DNA from: Eledone cirrhosa
Lineage: Eukaryota
Direction: 5' to 3'
Assembly (NCBI GenBank): GCA_964016885.1
Contig: OZ024743.1
Coordinates: 124,310,001 to 124,374,000, forward strand
Length of the DNA: 64,000 bases
The notes beneath the pieces are model-generated. The model did not search any database. It worked only from the letters and a program-made list of their open reading frames with translations, and had not been told where the DNA came from. Every line of letters begins with the position of its first letter. The first letter of the stretch is position 1. Of this stretch, positions 12,802-25,469 are shown in pieces. Position numbers and translations under genes: made by a program.

Positions 12802-14012
12802 CACAATAATATTTCTGTGACAGTAACAACAATAACATGAAACAGCACACAAGAAAGAAAATCTATACTCCTTGCATTTATTTCATGCAACTGCACACAT
12901 ATAGTCACAGCTTTTACTTCAATCTAGTCTCAGCTCCCGATTCACTGAGAAACACCATTTCGGTTCAACATATGTTGAACATCTCACAGCCCAATGGCGA
13001 TTGCTGTCCCACATGTTTCAAGCCAACTCTGCCAAACATCTTGAATGCTGTAAAATGTAATTCACAGATAAATGATGACATTGCACTAATCTATTCTATT
13101 TAGTTGTGAATGCAGTAGTGTCTACCTCTGCTACGGTATTCAGGGTGAGTGAAGGAGTAAAAGAGCTCCTAACAATGGTGTCCCATACAAAGCACCTACT
13201 TCTAACTGATGAGAAAACGGTAAGACTATCAGGCATGTTCTCATTGACCTTGGATAATCAAACTGACTCCAGAATTGAGGCAATATTAACCCCAGCTCAG
13301 GAATGGAAAATAAGTTTGCATGGGTCTCCTGGCTGAAAATTTCATTTGAGTCCTTGCATATTATTTATGGTAACAAAAAAATAACAATTTTAGGCCCTTT
13401 AGATATTGTTGGGAACCACACCCCATCAATTACTGCTCTGGCTAAGGCCCATTTTATAATTAAGTTCAACTTGGAGTGGCAAGCAAAGCAAGCTGTAATC
13501 AGACAACATGACAGTCCATGAAGACCTAGTGAAGAAATCTTGTGAAAATGTATCTTGATTGCAAAATAGTGTTTGATTCTAGTCCTCTATTAAAGTTGTT
13601 ACACTATCTGTGACAAAAGTATCTGCTGCCATGTCTAGATTAAACTTTTTTTAGGTCCTAAGCACTTAGAAGGTTATATAAAGTCTGACATTTTTTTCTG
13701 ATTGGGTGGAGAAATGACAAACACATTTAATTTGAATAACATTTATTGCATGAAAAATGAAAAAAAAAAATAAAATAAAAGTAAATTCTCACTGGTACTC
13801 TTCTTTCCTTGATTCCCTAAGCTTGTGGTTATTTTGCTTAAAAGTTAACCCAGCCCTGCCTCGCTGTCACTGAAATACTCACAAAAGCCTTGACAGCTTA
13901 TAATTGAAAGCAGAAAGATTGCCTCTAATGTTTCAAAAAGAATATTTCAAGAAGACAGTCTAACTGTATTTCTGTTTATTTTGGCAATATATCTGCCATT
14001 ATTTCTTTTACT

Positions 14013-14193
14013 GGATTGGCAGTATCGGTAGAGAGTCGGACGCCATGCTTTCCAGCATAGTTACGTCCCTTTACGATCTGAGTTCAAATCCCGGCGAGGT
14101 TGACTTTGCCTTTCATCCTTACGGGGTCGATAAAATAAAGTACCAGTAATGCACTGGTATTTGCTGGCCTTGTGCCTAAAGTAGAAACAATTA
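14013..14193 (+). mobile_element. SINE family B (tRNA-like head, Meta/MESC-like core)
   Basis: tggcagtatcgg A box, gagttcaaatccc B box, gcctttcatccttacggggtcgataaaataaagtaccag core; more than 10 copies in the window. Confidence 0.9.
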
Positions 14194-14744
14194 TTTCTTT
14201 TACAGAAGCCCAGTGATAGTATGTTAGGATTTAAAACAGCAAAAGACACCACCCATAATTTATTTGTGGTCAAACCCAGACACTGCCACATATAATGCAG
14301 AGAAGCTAGCTAGATAAATACCAGGACTTGAACAACCATTTTCTTTTCTTGCCAGTCACTGTCAGGACCTCTGGAGTCCTTGGTCCCCTGAACTGCTGTT
14401 TTCCTCAGCAAAATTGGAAGGAATATATCTCGGTTTAGGAAGAAGTGCCATGAGGTAGAGTAGCAATTTAATTTTTTTTTTACATGCACACATTATATAA
14501 TCCAATTAAAATTTATTTTATAAAATGAATCCTCTATTTTTGAAAGACAATTTGTAAAGTTTCATTTATACTGGAAATATATACAATGCTGAAAACACCT
14601 GAATTTTTAGCAATATTTTCAGCTAGTATGGGGATGGAATTTGATCAAAAGACTTTTTCATCAGAATATTTTTAACATTGTACATAAGAATTTTCATCAT
14701 TGGTCAAATCTTTGCAGTTGATTAACTTTAATCCACTTGTATCA

Positions 14745-14977
14745 TTAACCCTTTAGTATTTAAACTGGCTGTATCCGGCCAGAATTCTCTCGCCTCCTTC
14801 TGTTCAAACCGGCTGTAACTGGCCACTCATACTGATGTTAAAGCATTATTCTCAAAATAAATAATATCAAAATCTCATAGATTCAATATTATGTGAGATA
14901 ATTATGTAAGATAAAGCCTTTACTGTGAAAATATAATAGTAAATATAGAGTAATGTAAATGCTAAATGGTTGGTTAA
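14745..14977. mobile_element. piggyBac-like MITE
   Basis: TTAA-CCCTTTAG start; aatgctaaatggtt...ttaa end. Confidence 0.55.
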
Positions 14978-15433
14978 TTAAACTCACCCAATTTACTCTA
15001 AAGTCTCCATACAGCAAGTATCCTTGATAAGTTAATTACATCAAACCCAGAGCTTGACTGGTACTATATTTTATCAACCCTAGAAAGATGAAAAATAAAG
15101 TTAATCTAGACGAGGTTTAAAATTCCATAGCTAAATACCGCAAAACATTTAGTCTAATGCTCTAACAATTCTGCCAATATACTCTCATTCAGATAATGAC
15201 TTGTTCTCATTACTAAGGGTGTAGTTTTATCTAATAAAAATTCTTGGCTTATTGCATCAAACATACTAGTATCCACTTTACTCATACTAGTAAAGTTAAA
15301 TGCCTCATTTAAGGACCAGTTAATGCCTATATTGTATTATAATATGAAATGATCATTGAATGGTAGCAAGAATCTCACAAAAGAATTTGATGGGGCTTAA
15401 ATATGATTCTTTCCTATTTGCTAATCTTAGTTT

Positions 15434-15487
<54 letters not shown>

Positions 15488-15488
15488 A
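15434..15488. repeat. (TAC)n microsatellite
   Basis: Directly visible. Confidence 0.97.
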
Positions 15489-15606
15489 TAGTGTACTGGG
15501 ATAACTTTATCATGATTCCAGCACAACCCCTTTATAGGGTGGGCTGGTGTTATTTTGTTATAGCACCAGCACTAGCACCTTGCAGTGTGAACTTGGTGCT
15601 TTTTAT

Positions 15607-15777
15607 TTGGCAGTATCGGTAGAGGGTCGGACACCATGCTTTCCAGCATAGTTACGTCCCTGAGTTCAAATTCCACCGAGGTTAACTTTGCCTTTCATCC
15701 TTACGGAATCGATAAAATAAAGTACCAGTAATGTACTGGTTAATTGCTGGCCTTGTACCAAAAGTAGAAACAATTAT
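15607..15777 (+). mobile_element. SINE family B
   Basis: Matches 14013-14193. Confidence 0.88.
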
Positions 15778-16348
15778 TGTGGCACCAGCACTAACACTTT
15801 ACAGAGTGGGCTGGGTAGGAGTCATACCACTGTAGATGAAGATCAGGTCATGGGGGAGGGCTTGAAGAGAGTGAGTCATGTCTGGTAATATATTGTTAAG
15901 CATGTCTGGCTTTTTATGTTGGTATGTATGGGACAAGGGACAAAGGACATAAATCAGAGATATAGGCGAAAATAGTTAGCACTTCCTTCTATGGTGACAT
16001 GAGTTGAACAAAGTGGGTGAATTTGGGATGTGGGGGTGGGAGAGGGAAACACAATATACTTCAAAATAACAAAAACATAAATGGGAAGAGAAGTTTAAAA
16101 GAGAAGTTTAAATCGCACATATGATATAAATATGGAAGTACTGCTGAATGAAGTCATCTTATTCTATATATATCAACACATACTAGCGAAATATTCATTG
16201 TCTTTATTTAAAAAGAAAAAAAATATAAGAGATAAATGAAAAGAGAGTCATATTTCATTGAGAGTTAGTTTGGTATTTTATTTTCACTAACAGTTTCTTT
16301 AGATTCTTGTTCTGAGAATTATAAACAAGAATTATAAACAACAACTTA

Positions 16349-17638
16349 TACTTAGCCTTTGTTGACCTAGAGAAGGCCTTTGATAGGGTACCCCGATCTG
16401 TCATCTGGTGGTCCCTAAGGAAGCTGGGTGTTGAGGAATGGCTTGTGAGGACAGTGCAAACTTTGTACAGAGGTACTCTCAGTAAAGTCAGGGTAGGAAT
16501 GGAGTTTAGTGAGGAATTCCAGATACAAGTAGGAGTACATCAGGGTTCGGTCCTCAGCCCGCTCTTGTTCATTATAGTCCTCCAAGCCATAACAGAGGAG
16601 TTTAAGACTGGCTGTCCATAGGAACTTCTCTATGCTGACGATCTGGCTCTTATGGCAGAATCAGTAGAGGAGCTAGAGAATAAATTCCGGCTATGGAAAC
16701 AGCAGTTGGAAGCAAGAGGACTGAGAGTAAATCTAGCTAAGACAAAAGTGTTGATGAGTAGAAAAGAGGACAAAACCCTGATTCCGTCAGGGAAATGGCC
16801 ATGTTCTATATGCAGAAAAGGAACTGGCATAAATTCTATAAAATGCACACAATGCAGGTCCTGGGTACACAAGAGATGTAGCGGGATAGCAGGCAAACTA
16901 ACAGGTAGGGAGAAAAATATGTATGCAGTAGATGTACAGGGAAATTAGACAGTAGAAGTCGCACTGATAGACACATTTTTCAAATGCGAGAGGGCGCTAT
17001 AGAAGTGGTGGATAGCTTCCGGTACCTAGGAGATCAGATTAGCATGGGAGGAGGGTGTTCCGAGGCCATAGTATCTAGAATAAGGACGGGTTGGAAGAAG
17101 TTTAGGGAGCTGCTTCCTCTGTTGACGAAGAAGGGTTTCTCCCTGCGTACGAAAGGCCGGTTGTATGATGCCTGTGTGAGGAGCGCGATGCTGCATGGTA
17201 GTGAGACATGGGCAGCAACCGCAGAGGATATGCGACGGCTGGAGAGAAATGAGGCAAGCATGCTCCGTTGGATGTGCAGTGTAAATGTGCGTGAACGACC
17301 CAGCATAAATGTGTTGAGAGAGAAACTGTGTCTGAGAGGGATAGAATGTAGTGTACGGGAGAGGAGACTGAGGTGGTATGGACATGTGATGCGCATGGAG
17401 GATGACCGATGGGTGAAGAAGTGCCAGGAAATGCCAGTTGAGGGAAGACGTGGTAGAGGTAGACCACGAAAAACATGGGCGGAGGTGGTGAGAACAGACC
17501 TCAGATCATTGAAGCTCACGGTGGAGATGACGAGGGACCGTGACGAGTGGAGAGATGCTGTGCTGAATAAGACCCGTCCCACCCTTGCAAGCAGGGAAAA
17601 GCGGACGTAAAATGATGATGATGATGATGATGATGATG
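16349..17638 (+). mobile_element. RTE-clade LINE 3' half, young, with a PHD-like finger
   Basis: FVDLEKAFDRV, GVHQGSVLSP, YADD, C4HC3 block, FRYLGD and RRLRWYGHV motifs; about one stop and two frameshifts; (ATG)n tail. Confidence 0.95.
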
Positions 17639-17978
17639 AATATTAATGTATAAAAACGAAATAAGAATTTCTAACCAAACCACCTGAAACCACTTTGGTT
17701 TTATAATACAAAACTGCATATTTTAAAATGTTTATCTTTATAGTAAAACCTTTCATCATAATTTTATTTCAGAAATTTTTGTTTTGCAATTTTCTAAATA
17801 TCAGCTTACTAATGAAAAATTTAGTTATTTTATTAAATTCGTCCAAATATTTGATTAGTTTCAAAATTAACTGAAACACAAAAGCAGTGTAGAAATACAG
17901 TAACAATATGGTTAACACAAGGAAATAAAGGAATTACTCACTTTTCAGTGTTCAACATTTTTTTCTTTTTTCATTATT

Positions 17979-18081
17979 AGAGGTTAACTTTGCCTTTCAT
18001 CTTTATGGGGTCGATAAAATAAAGTACCAGTAATGCACTGGGATAATTGCTGGCCTTGTGCCAAAAGTAGAAACAATTATT
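17979..18081 (+). mobile_element. SINE family B, 5'-truncated
   Basis: Core and 3' end of family B. Confidence 0.85.
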
Positions 18082-18539
18082 AGAAGTATAAAAAGGCTGT
18101 GGATTGACAGAATCCTTAGAGTGTCGGAAAAATGCTACAAAACATTTTTTCAGGCTCTTTACATTCTGAGTTCAAAACCTACCAAGGTCAACTTTGCTTT
18201 TTATCCTTCTGAGGTTAATAAAATGAAGTATCAGTCAAGTACCAGGGCCAATTTAATCAACTTTCTCCAGCCCCACAATGCTAGCCTTGTGCCTTATAGC
18301 TTTTGAGAGAATTGGAGAGCCAAGAATGCAAGCAGCCTCTTTGGGTGTTAGCTGAGCCCCAGACAAGATGGGATGGGTGCTAAGTATGGCATTATGGAAT
18401 TTGGTCTCTATGTAGCTAATGTTTATACCCTCGGACTTCACGACAATACCAATACATCTGAAACAAGCAACAAATTTCAAAGGCACAACACAGCCGAAGT
18501 CTTGACAGACAGTAACAACAACATCGTCCCCATAATAAT

Positions 18540-19540
18540 AATGATTTCTTTATTGGCCACTAGGCCCTACATATAGGAGACAATACAAAAAGGCAGGGAC
18601 AAGAGGGGTTTACAATAAAAATCCCCCAATAGTGGAGAGAACCACCTAGGGGCAACTCAGGTACCCCACCAATACTGAACCACCTGACACTTCGAGGGCA
18701 CCCGGGAAGGGCAATGGTGGCAGTAATAATAATAATTATTATTATTTCTTTTTATTTGCCACAAGGGCCAACAAAAGGGGGACAATACAATAGACACGGA
18801 CAGTGGGGGTTTACACTGAAATTGAGTAGAAAGAAATTAACAAACAACTAATGAACAAAAGAATTACAACAATAAAAATTCCCTAGTAGAGGGAGGACTA
18901 CCCAGGAGTGACTTAGAAACCCCACAAATCCTAAACCACTTGACACTCAAAGAGCACCCTAGGTGGGCACCCCTCTTTAAATCAATCAGCTTACAGGCAC
19001 ATATTCAGAGTAGGTCCTTTCATGTGGGCCATTCTTGCAATATTCACCCATCTTTTAGCAATCACAAAAGGGTTTACAAAAAGTACATTAAGGACAGCCC
19101 AGGATGATATAAATATGGGTTTCTGTGTGTATAAAAACAAAAAACAAAGGATGAAACAAAAAAAATGAAACAAACGAAAATCCCCCAATAGAGAGAAGAC
19201 TTCCGAGGGTCACTCATGGAGAAAGCCCACAAAAGCCACGGTGACCCTGACCACCAGGGCAAGTGCCCTCTCCCATTTTTCCACCTTCAATCTACAGGTG
19301 CATACTCAGAGCAGGCCTATTCACTTGGGCCATGCTTACCTCTCTCACTCATCTTTCAACAAGCTACTGGAAATGAAGCTCTTCCCTCTCCACCTTGATT
19401 TTCCTCTTCAAATGAAATTTGAAAAAGTTAATCAGGGCTTCGCCAAAGAGGTAAGTGCTTGTTTTCAGCCTTTTCAAATCTGTCCACCTCAAGAAACCGA
19501 ACCATGCAAAGGAGATGACACAAAATCAAGTTGACTGGCA
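18540..19540 (-). mobile_element. Tx1/L1-like LINE 3' fragments (rearranged, at least two 3' ends)
   Basis: ALINFFKFHLKRKIKVER and KRWVNIARMA C-terminal peptides; repeated 3' UTR (18545-18715 resembles 18750-18970). Clade recalled, not searched. Confidence 0.5.
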
Positions 19541-20022
19541 TAATATCATAATACAAAAGAGCTGCCCTTATGTACAATCACTGTAATACAAATAGTAAAT
19601 GGAAGCTACAGTGTTGGTGATGGAACAGAGATAGTATAGATTTTGAGAGGATACTTTAATCAAGATGAGCATGTAACAACCTTTCTATTTCTAGTGTCAC
19701 AATAGAATACACCCTGTCAAGTGATAGTGGTAATGCTGTGAAAAAATGCACCCAGTAAACCCAGTACAATCTGTAAGACATCCAGCTATAGAGACTATGC
19801 CAAATATTGAACATATGAGCAGGATGGGTCAATCTGACCCACCTGGTCTCAGACCATGACAACCTGTCCAACCCATGCCAGCGTGAAATGTGGGTGCAAA
19901 ATGATGGTCTTCTTTTTGCATATGAGTTGGTCTCAGGTTGTTGTCTTTTGCCTGATCGAGATCAGAGATCAGTTTCAGGGCCCACCACAAGGAGATTGAC
20001 AAATTTTAGCCCAAAATGATGA

Positions 20023-20142
20023 TAATAATAATAATAATAATGAAATTATTCTGTACAGTGCACTACAACTCATCAAAGGTGCATGTATAGTACATAGAAT
20101 AATAAAGTGTCAGGAAAATGAACAGTGTATGAGTCATGATAT
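20023..20142 (-). mobile_element. extra CR1 3' UTR copy adjacent to the main copy
   Basis: Repeats 20150-20272. Confidence 0.8.
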
Positions 20143-20149
20143 AATAACA

Positions 20150-21474
20150 ATAACAATAATGAAATATTGTGTACAGTGCCCAGGTGCACCACAACTCATC
20201 AAAAAAGTGCATGTACAGTACATAGGGCAATGCACAAACATCAGCAAAATGAACAGTGCACGAGTCATGATACACACATGTGTGCATGTGTATGGAAGGG
20301 GTACATCAGGTGTAGTTTTGGCGTATTTCGGGAAGCATGAGTGTCTTAAAGGATGCAGTGTCTCGGCAGCTAACAATTGACGCAGGCAGTTTGTTCCATG
20401 CTTCAGCAACTCTGAGCGTGAAAAAATATCTACGAAAGTCATGGGAGCTGTGCTGTTTTCTGATCTTGTAGGCATGTCCACGTGTGTTAGACACATGGAG
20501 ATCAAAGAGGCGCTCAGGGTTGCAATTGGCGAGATGGTTAAAAACTTTGTGGGTATTCACCAAGTCCATTGCCAGACGTCGGAGCTTCAATGAATCCATG
20601 CCCAGGGAAGCAAGGCGTTCAGAGTATGGTAGGTGTCTGATGGAGGGTATGCGCTTGGTTGCACGTCTCTGAACAGTTTCCAGGAGGTCAATGTTCTGAG
20701 CAAGATAGGGGTTCCAGACTGATGATGCGAATTCCAAGTGTGGTCGCACCATAGCTGTATACAGTTTTAAATAGATGGCTGGAGAGCGGCTAACAAAGGT
20801 CTTGCTGAGTGATGCCAAGACACCCTCGGCCTTCTTGACAATCTTAGAGACATGCTTTGTCCAATGCAAATCGTTGCTGACAGTAATGCCCAGGTCACGT
20901 TCACAAGAGGACTTTTTGATATCAGTGTTGTGGAGGGAGTATGTGAACGCTGGATTTTTCCTTCCAAAATGCATGGTGGTACACTTGTCCACAGCCAGCT
21001 TCAGTTGCCAGTCTGTGATCCATTGCTGCATTGTGTCCAGGTCTGATTGTAGGAAAGAGTTGTAAATTTCAGGATCAGTCCTTTTGATTTCAAGGTACAG
21101 CTTGATGTCATCTGCATATTTTAGTACCGTGGCATTCTGTAAGTTGGCATCTATGTCATTAATATATGCCACAAACAAAAGAGAACCAAGAACAGATCCC
21201 TGTGGTACACCAAATGACATCTCATATGGTGAAGAATGCTGACCTAGAACCGTGACTACTTCTTTTCGGCTGAGAATGAAGGATTTCAACCAGTCGAAAA
21301 GATCATCCCTCACACCCATTGCAGAGAGTTTTGCCATAAGTCTTTTGTGTGGCACAGAATTAAAAGCCTTAGCAAAGTCAAGGTAAACAACATCCACCCA
21401 TGAGCCGCTGTCGGTGATCCGGGTGATGTCCTCAAGGAACTCGATAAGCTGATCACAGCAGCTGGAGTTAGGGA
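20150..21474 (-). mobile_element. CR1 LINE, 5'-truncated, uninterrupted ~390-codon RT C-terminal frame (20306-21474)
   Basis: YLDFAKAFNSVPH, GVPQGSVLG and KYADDIK motifs. The tracked ORF start lies in flanking (GAT)n and is not native. Confidence 0.95.
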
Positions 21475-21643
21475 TGATGATGATGATGATGATGAAGCTT
21501 AGCTCATGACCTAGCTTTAGCTTTTCCAATTCACATATGTTGTTATTTGTCCTTCGAAAAATTATAAAGTTATGCAGTCACTCTGTTATCAATAATATTT
21601 GAAGCCAGCTTTCAATCAGTTTAAGAATCAATATTTTTAGTAA

Positions 21644-21852
21644 GGGCAGTGAATTGACACTATCGGTGGAGCATCGGACAACATGCTTTATGGCATAGAG
21701 TTACAGCCCTTTACGATCTGAGTTCAAATCCTGCCAAGGTTAACTTTGCCCTTCATCCTTATGGGGTTGATAAAATAAAGTACCGGTAATGAACTGGGGT
21801 CAATTTCCCTTTCCCAAAAATTGTTGGCCTTGTGCCTAAATCAGAAACCAAT
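21644..21852 (+). mobile_element. SINE family B (older variant)
   Basis: Same head, core and tail as family B. Confidence 0.82.
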
Positions 21853-22429
21853 ATTTTTAGTAAAAAGTAATAATTGTGTCAAGGAAATCCTTTTATCAAG
21901 TCATCTTTCTGTGTCAATTGATATGCTCTAACTAAAAACATTAACAATGAGGTCACGAGTTAAGCAACCTATTATTACACAATATTGTTTCAATTTTGCT
22001 TAGTTTACTTGATAAGTTTAGAAAGCGATTAATATTTACTGGGGTGATGATAAGCACCTAGACAAGATAACCCTCTTCCAGTTTGAAGGAGGTAAATCTC
22101 TAATCTGAGGTACCATGTGCTGCAACACGTTCTCTGCCTCAAGCCTTGTTATTTCGGTTACAAACCCAGACACTGCCACCCTTAATGTGGAGGAAAGGAA
22201 GATGGCCAAAAACTGGGAGTTGATTGATCTCTTCTTTTTTTGTGCGAGTCACCATCATGACCTCTGGTGTCTTTGGTTTCAAAACTGCTGTTTTCTTCCC
22301 CTAAATCAGGAGGAGTGAGGAGTGCATCCCACCTAAGGAAGTAGCCTCGTGACATGGAATAGCTGATGCAGCAGGTGATGCTGGTTGTTCTCTGTGGCAA
22401 TGCATTCGCAATTTTGTCCATGGGGTACA

Positions 22430-23162
22430 GTTGAGATATACCACCTAGACTGGGGTGTGAGTCTGTCACTTCCTCCTGTTGAAATATACCACCTAGACAG
22501 GGGTGTAGAGTCTGTCACTCCCTCCTGTTGAGATATACCACCTAGACTGGGGAGTAGAGTCTGTCACTCCCTCCTGTTGAAATATACCACCTAGACAGGG
22601 GTGTAGAGTCTGTCACTCCCTCCTGTTGAGATATACCACCTAGACTGAGGAGTAGAGTCTGTCACTCCCTCCTGTTGAGATATACCACCTAGACTGGGGA
22701 GTAGAGTCTGTCACTCCCTCCTGTTGAGATATACCACCTAGACTGAGGAGTAGAGTCTGTCACTCCCTCCTGTTGAGATATACCACCTAGACTGAGGAGT
22801 AGAGTCTGTCACTCCCTCCTGTTGAGATATACCACCTAGACTGAGGAGTAGAGTCTGTCACTCCCTCCTGTTGAGATATACCACCTAGACTGAGGAGTAG
22901 AGTCTGTCACTCCCTCCTGTTGAGATATACCACCTAGACTGAGGAGTAGAGTCTGTCACTCCCTCCTGTTGAGATATACCACCTAGACTGGGGAGTAGAG
23001 TCTGTCACTCCCTCCTGTTGAGATATACCACCTAGACTGGGGAGTAGAGTCTGTCACTCCCTCCTGTTGAGATATACCACCTAGACTGAGGAGTAGAGTC
23101 TGTCACTCCCTCCTGTTGAGATATACCACCTAGACTGAGGTGTAAAGTCTGCCACTGCCTTC
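22430..23162. repeat. minisatellite, 15 x 49 bp
   Basis: Unit gttgagatataccacctagactg(a/g)ggagtagagtctgtcactccctcct at 22430, 22478, 22527 ... 23115. Confidence 0.97.
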
Positions 23163-23523
23163 TCTCTTTTCCTCACTCTTGCTATTTAATTTTTTTCTCT
23201 TTCTTTTTCATTGTATTTTTTTTTTACATGTAAACATTACATAATTCAATTGTTGTTCCATAAATGCTTTCAAGAAGTAGAGTTTAGTAAACAGATCACA
23301 ATGTTTATAAACAATATTCTCTTTTTCTGACCACATGGCTACATAACACACTTGAGAGTAATGTAGATATATTAGCTACTTGAAGTTATATTGACTTCTG
23401 TGTCTCAAGGTTCAACTCTCATGGAGGGAGTGGGGGAAAAAACAACAAAGAAGCTCCATTACAATCACTTAGCCAGTTTAGTGTTATATCAAAATTCTCT
23501 TAACTGTTGCTATGTTTTAAATA

Positions 23524-23762
23524 TTAACCTCTTTGATACCAAAACCATCTAAAACACTCCCGATTTTACAATACAAACATTTATTTTAAAGTGTTTATAA
23601 TTATCTAAAAACCTCCCATCATAATTTTATGTAGGAATATTGTTAAGTTAAAGTTATGTTCCAAATATTACTATACCCCATCCAAATTTTTGATTATTTT
23701 CAAGATAATTTGAAAACTATAAGTAGTGTCTTTCACTAGAAATATGGTAATGAAAAAGTTAA
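23524..23762. mobile_element. piggyBac-like MITE (related pieces at ~17670-17915 and ~26930-27035)
   Basis: ttaacctctttgatacca ... tggtaatgaaaaagttaa termini; dispersed homology. Confidence 0.55.
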
Positions 23763-23778
23763 ACATTATGATAACGTA

Positions 23779-23966
23779 TGGATTGGCAGTATCAGCAGAA
23801 CGTCGGACACTCTGCTTCGCACCATAGAGTTACGGCCCTTTACAATCTGAATTCAAATCCCGCTGAGGTTAACTTTGCCTTTCATCCTTACAGGGTCGAT
23901 AAAATAAAGTACCAGTAATGCACTGGAATAATTGCTGGCCTTGTGTCAAAAGTAGAAACAATTATT
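23779..23966 (+). mobile_element. SINE family B
   Basis: Matches the family consensus. Confidence 0.88.
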
Positions 23967-24316
23967 CAAGATACAGGTTGCAAATATGAATGTTTCATAA
24001 TGTAGTGGAAAAGATGGTGTAATACTGGTTTAAATGGTTAGTAGGCCTAACAAATTGTAATGCCTGATCAGAGAATCATTAAAGCATTTGATAGAATGTC
24101 TGGTGATATTTGTTCTGACTCTCTGAACACTGAGTTCAAATCCTACTATGGCTAACTTTGCCTTTCATGCTCCCAAAGTTGATAAATAAAATACCAATTA
24201 AGTGGTTTCTTTTCTTTTTCACTTTCTCAGAATCATTAGGAACCATTTTTCAATCTGATGGTGCAATGCTAGAAAGAAAGAAGGTCTGACATGTTTCCTG
24301 ACTTATCCTCATTTCC

Positions 24317-24504
24317 TAATACTTGGTTTAATAACATTCTTGTCAAGCTGCTCGCCATCTACATAATACTTGGTTTAATAACATTCTTGTCAAGCTACTC
24401 CCCATCTACATAATACTTGGTTTAATAACATTCTTGTCAAGCTACTCCCCATCTACATAATACTTGGTTTAATAACATTCTTGTCAAGCTACTCCCCATC
24501 TACA
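24317..24504. repeat. minisatellite, 4 x 47 bp
   Basis: taatacttggtttaataacattcttgtcaagctactccccatctaca at 24317, 24364, 24411 and 24458. Confidence 0.96.
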
Positions 24505-25469
24505 CTCTTCCACTGGTATTTCCAATGTTCATTAGATGGTACAAATGGAAACATTTTTCCAGGTGACGCTTTCCAATAGATATTACAAGAGTCCGAACTC
24601 ATAGAAGGCTATCTTATAAAATGGCACATAATACAATTTAGACACAAGTCCAACAATTTCGGGATGAGGAAAGTTGATTATATCGATCTGATCACTTGAC
24701 TGGTACTTTATGGTACTTTTCAGGGCTTCCATGACAGGTGAAAGAGAGAGAGGAAGGTATCCCCAAACTTGTGCCCTAGCCTGAATACTTGCAACAGGGT
24801 GAACTCTATAAAGGCACCGAAGGACTTTTAAACCGGCAGATTACGCCTGCGACCAAATGAGCCACAGCGGGGTTTGAACTAAAATGGCTAAATTCCAGAA
24901 CAAATACCTCTAGGCATTCTGTCTGACGTTTTAACGATTCTGCCAATACATGCTCAAGATTCTTACTTTATTTATTGACCTCGATGGGTTTTTCAACTCA
25001 AAACGGAAATACAAATACTGCAATGACATTTTATCCGACTCTCTACCAATTTTGAAAATCCACTACCTTCTGAAAAATAAATAAATAAATAAATAAATAA
25101 ATAAAATAAAATAAAATCTAAACCCAACGGCAAGTTCTTTGACATAAGGGAGATAATCCACAGATTAATACAATGTACGGAAATTGATGTGAAAACATAT
25201 AAAGGGAGGTAACTTCAATGTTGACTTTCGCTAATTTACATCGGAATTGTTAAAGCGTCGGACAAAATGCTTTGCAGCATTTGGTAAGGATTCATTCATT
25301 TCTGAGTTCAAATCCCGTCACGGTCAAAATTGTTGACCTTTGTGCCAGTGTTAGAAAGAATCATCGTCATCATCATCATCGCCATCAGCATATTATTGTT
25401 ATAATTTGGCAGTATTGGTAGTTGTCTCACTAAGAAGAGGGAACGTGTGGTGCTCCTACTTCTTTATCC

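Noticed and set aside
12900-13560. Possible RLE-type LINE relic (CPTC..TLPNILN, PLDIV)
   Set aside because: Too degraded to call by eye; needs a translated search.
22115-22430. GC-richer segment before the minisatellite as an exon
   Set aside because: No recognisable product or splice structure.
22430-23162. CRISPR-like array (GTTG-starting repeat with a hairpin) or tandem retrozyme (CTGAGGA and GAAA in some units)
   Set aside because: Units are contiguous with no unique spacers and there are no cas genes; hammerhead stems I and II cannot be formed.
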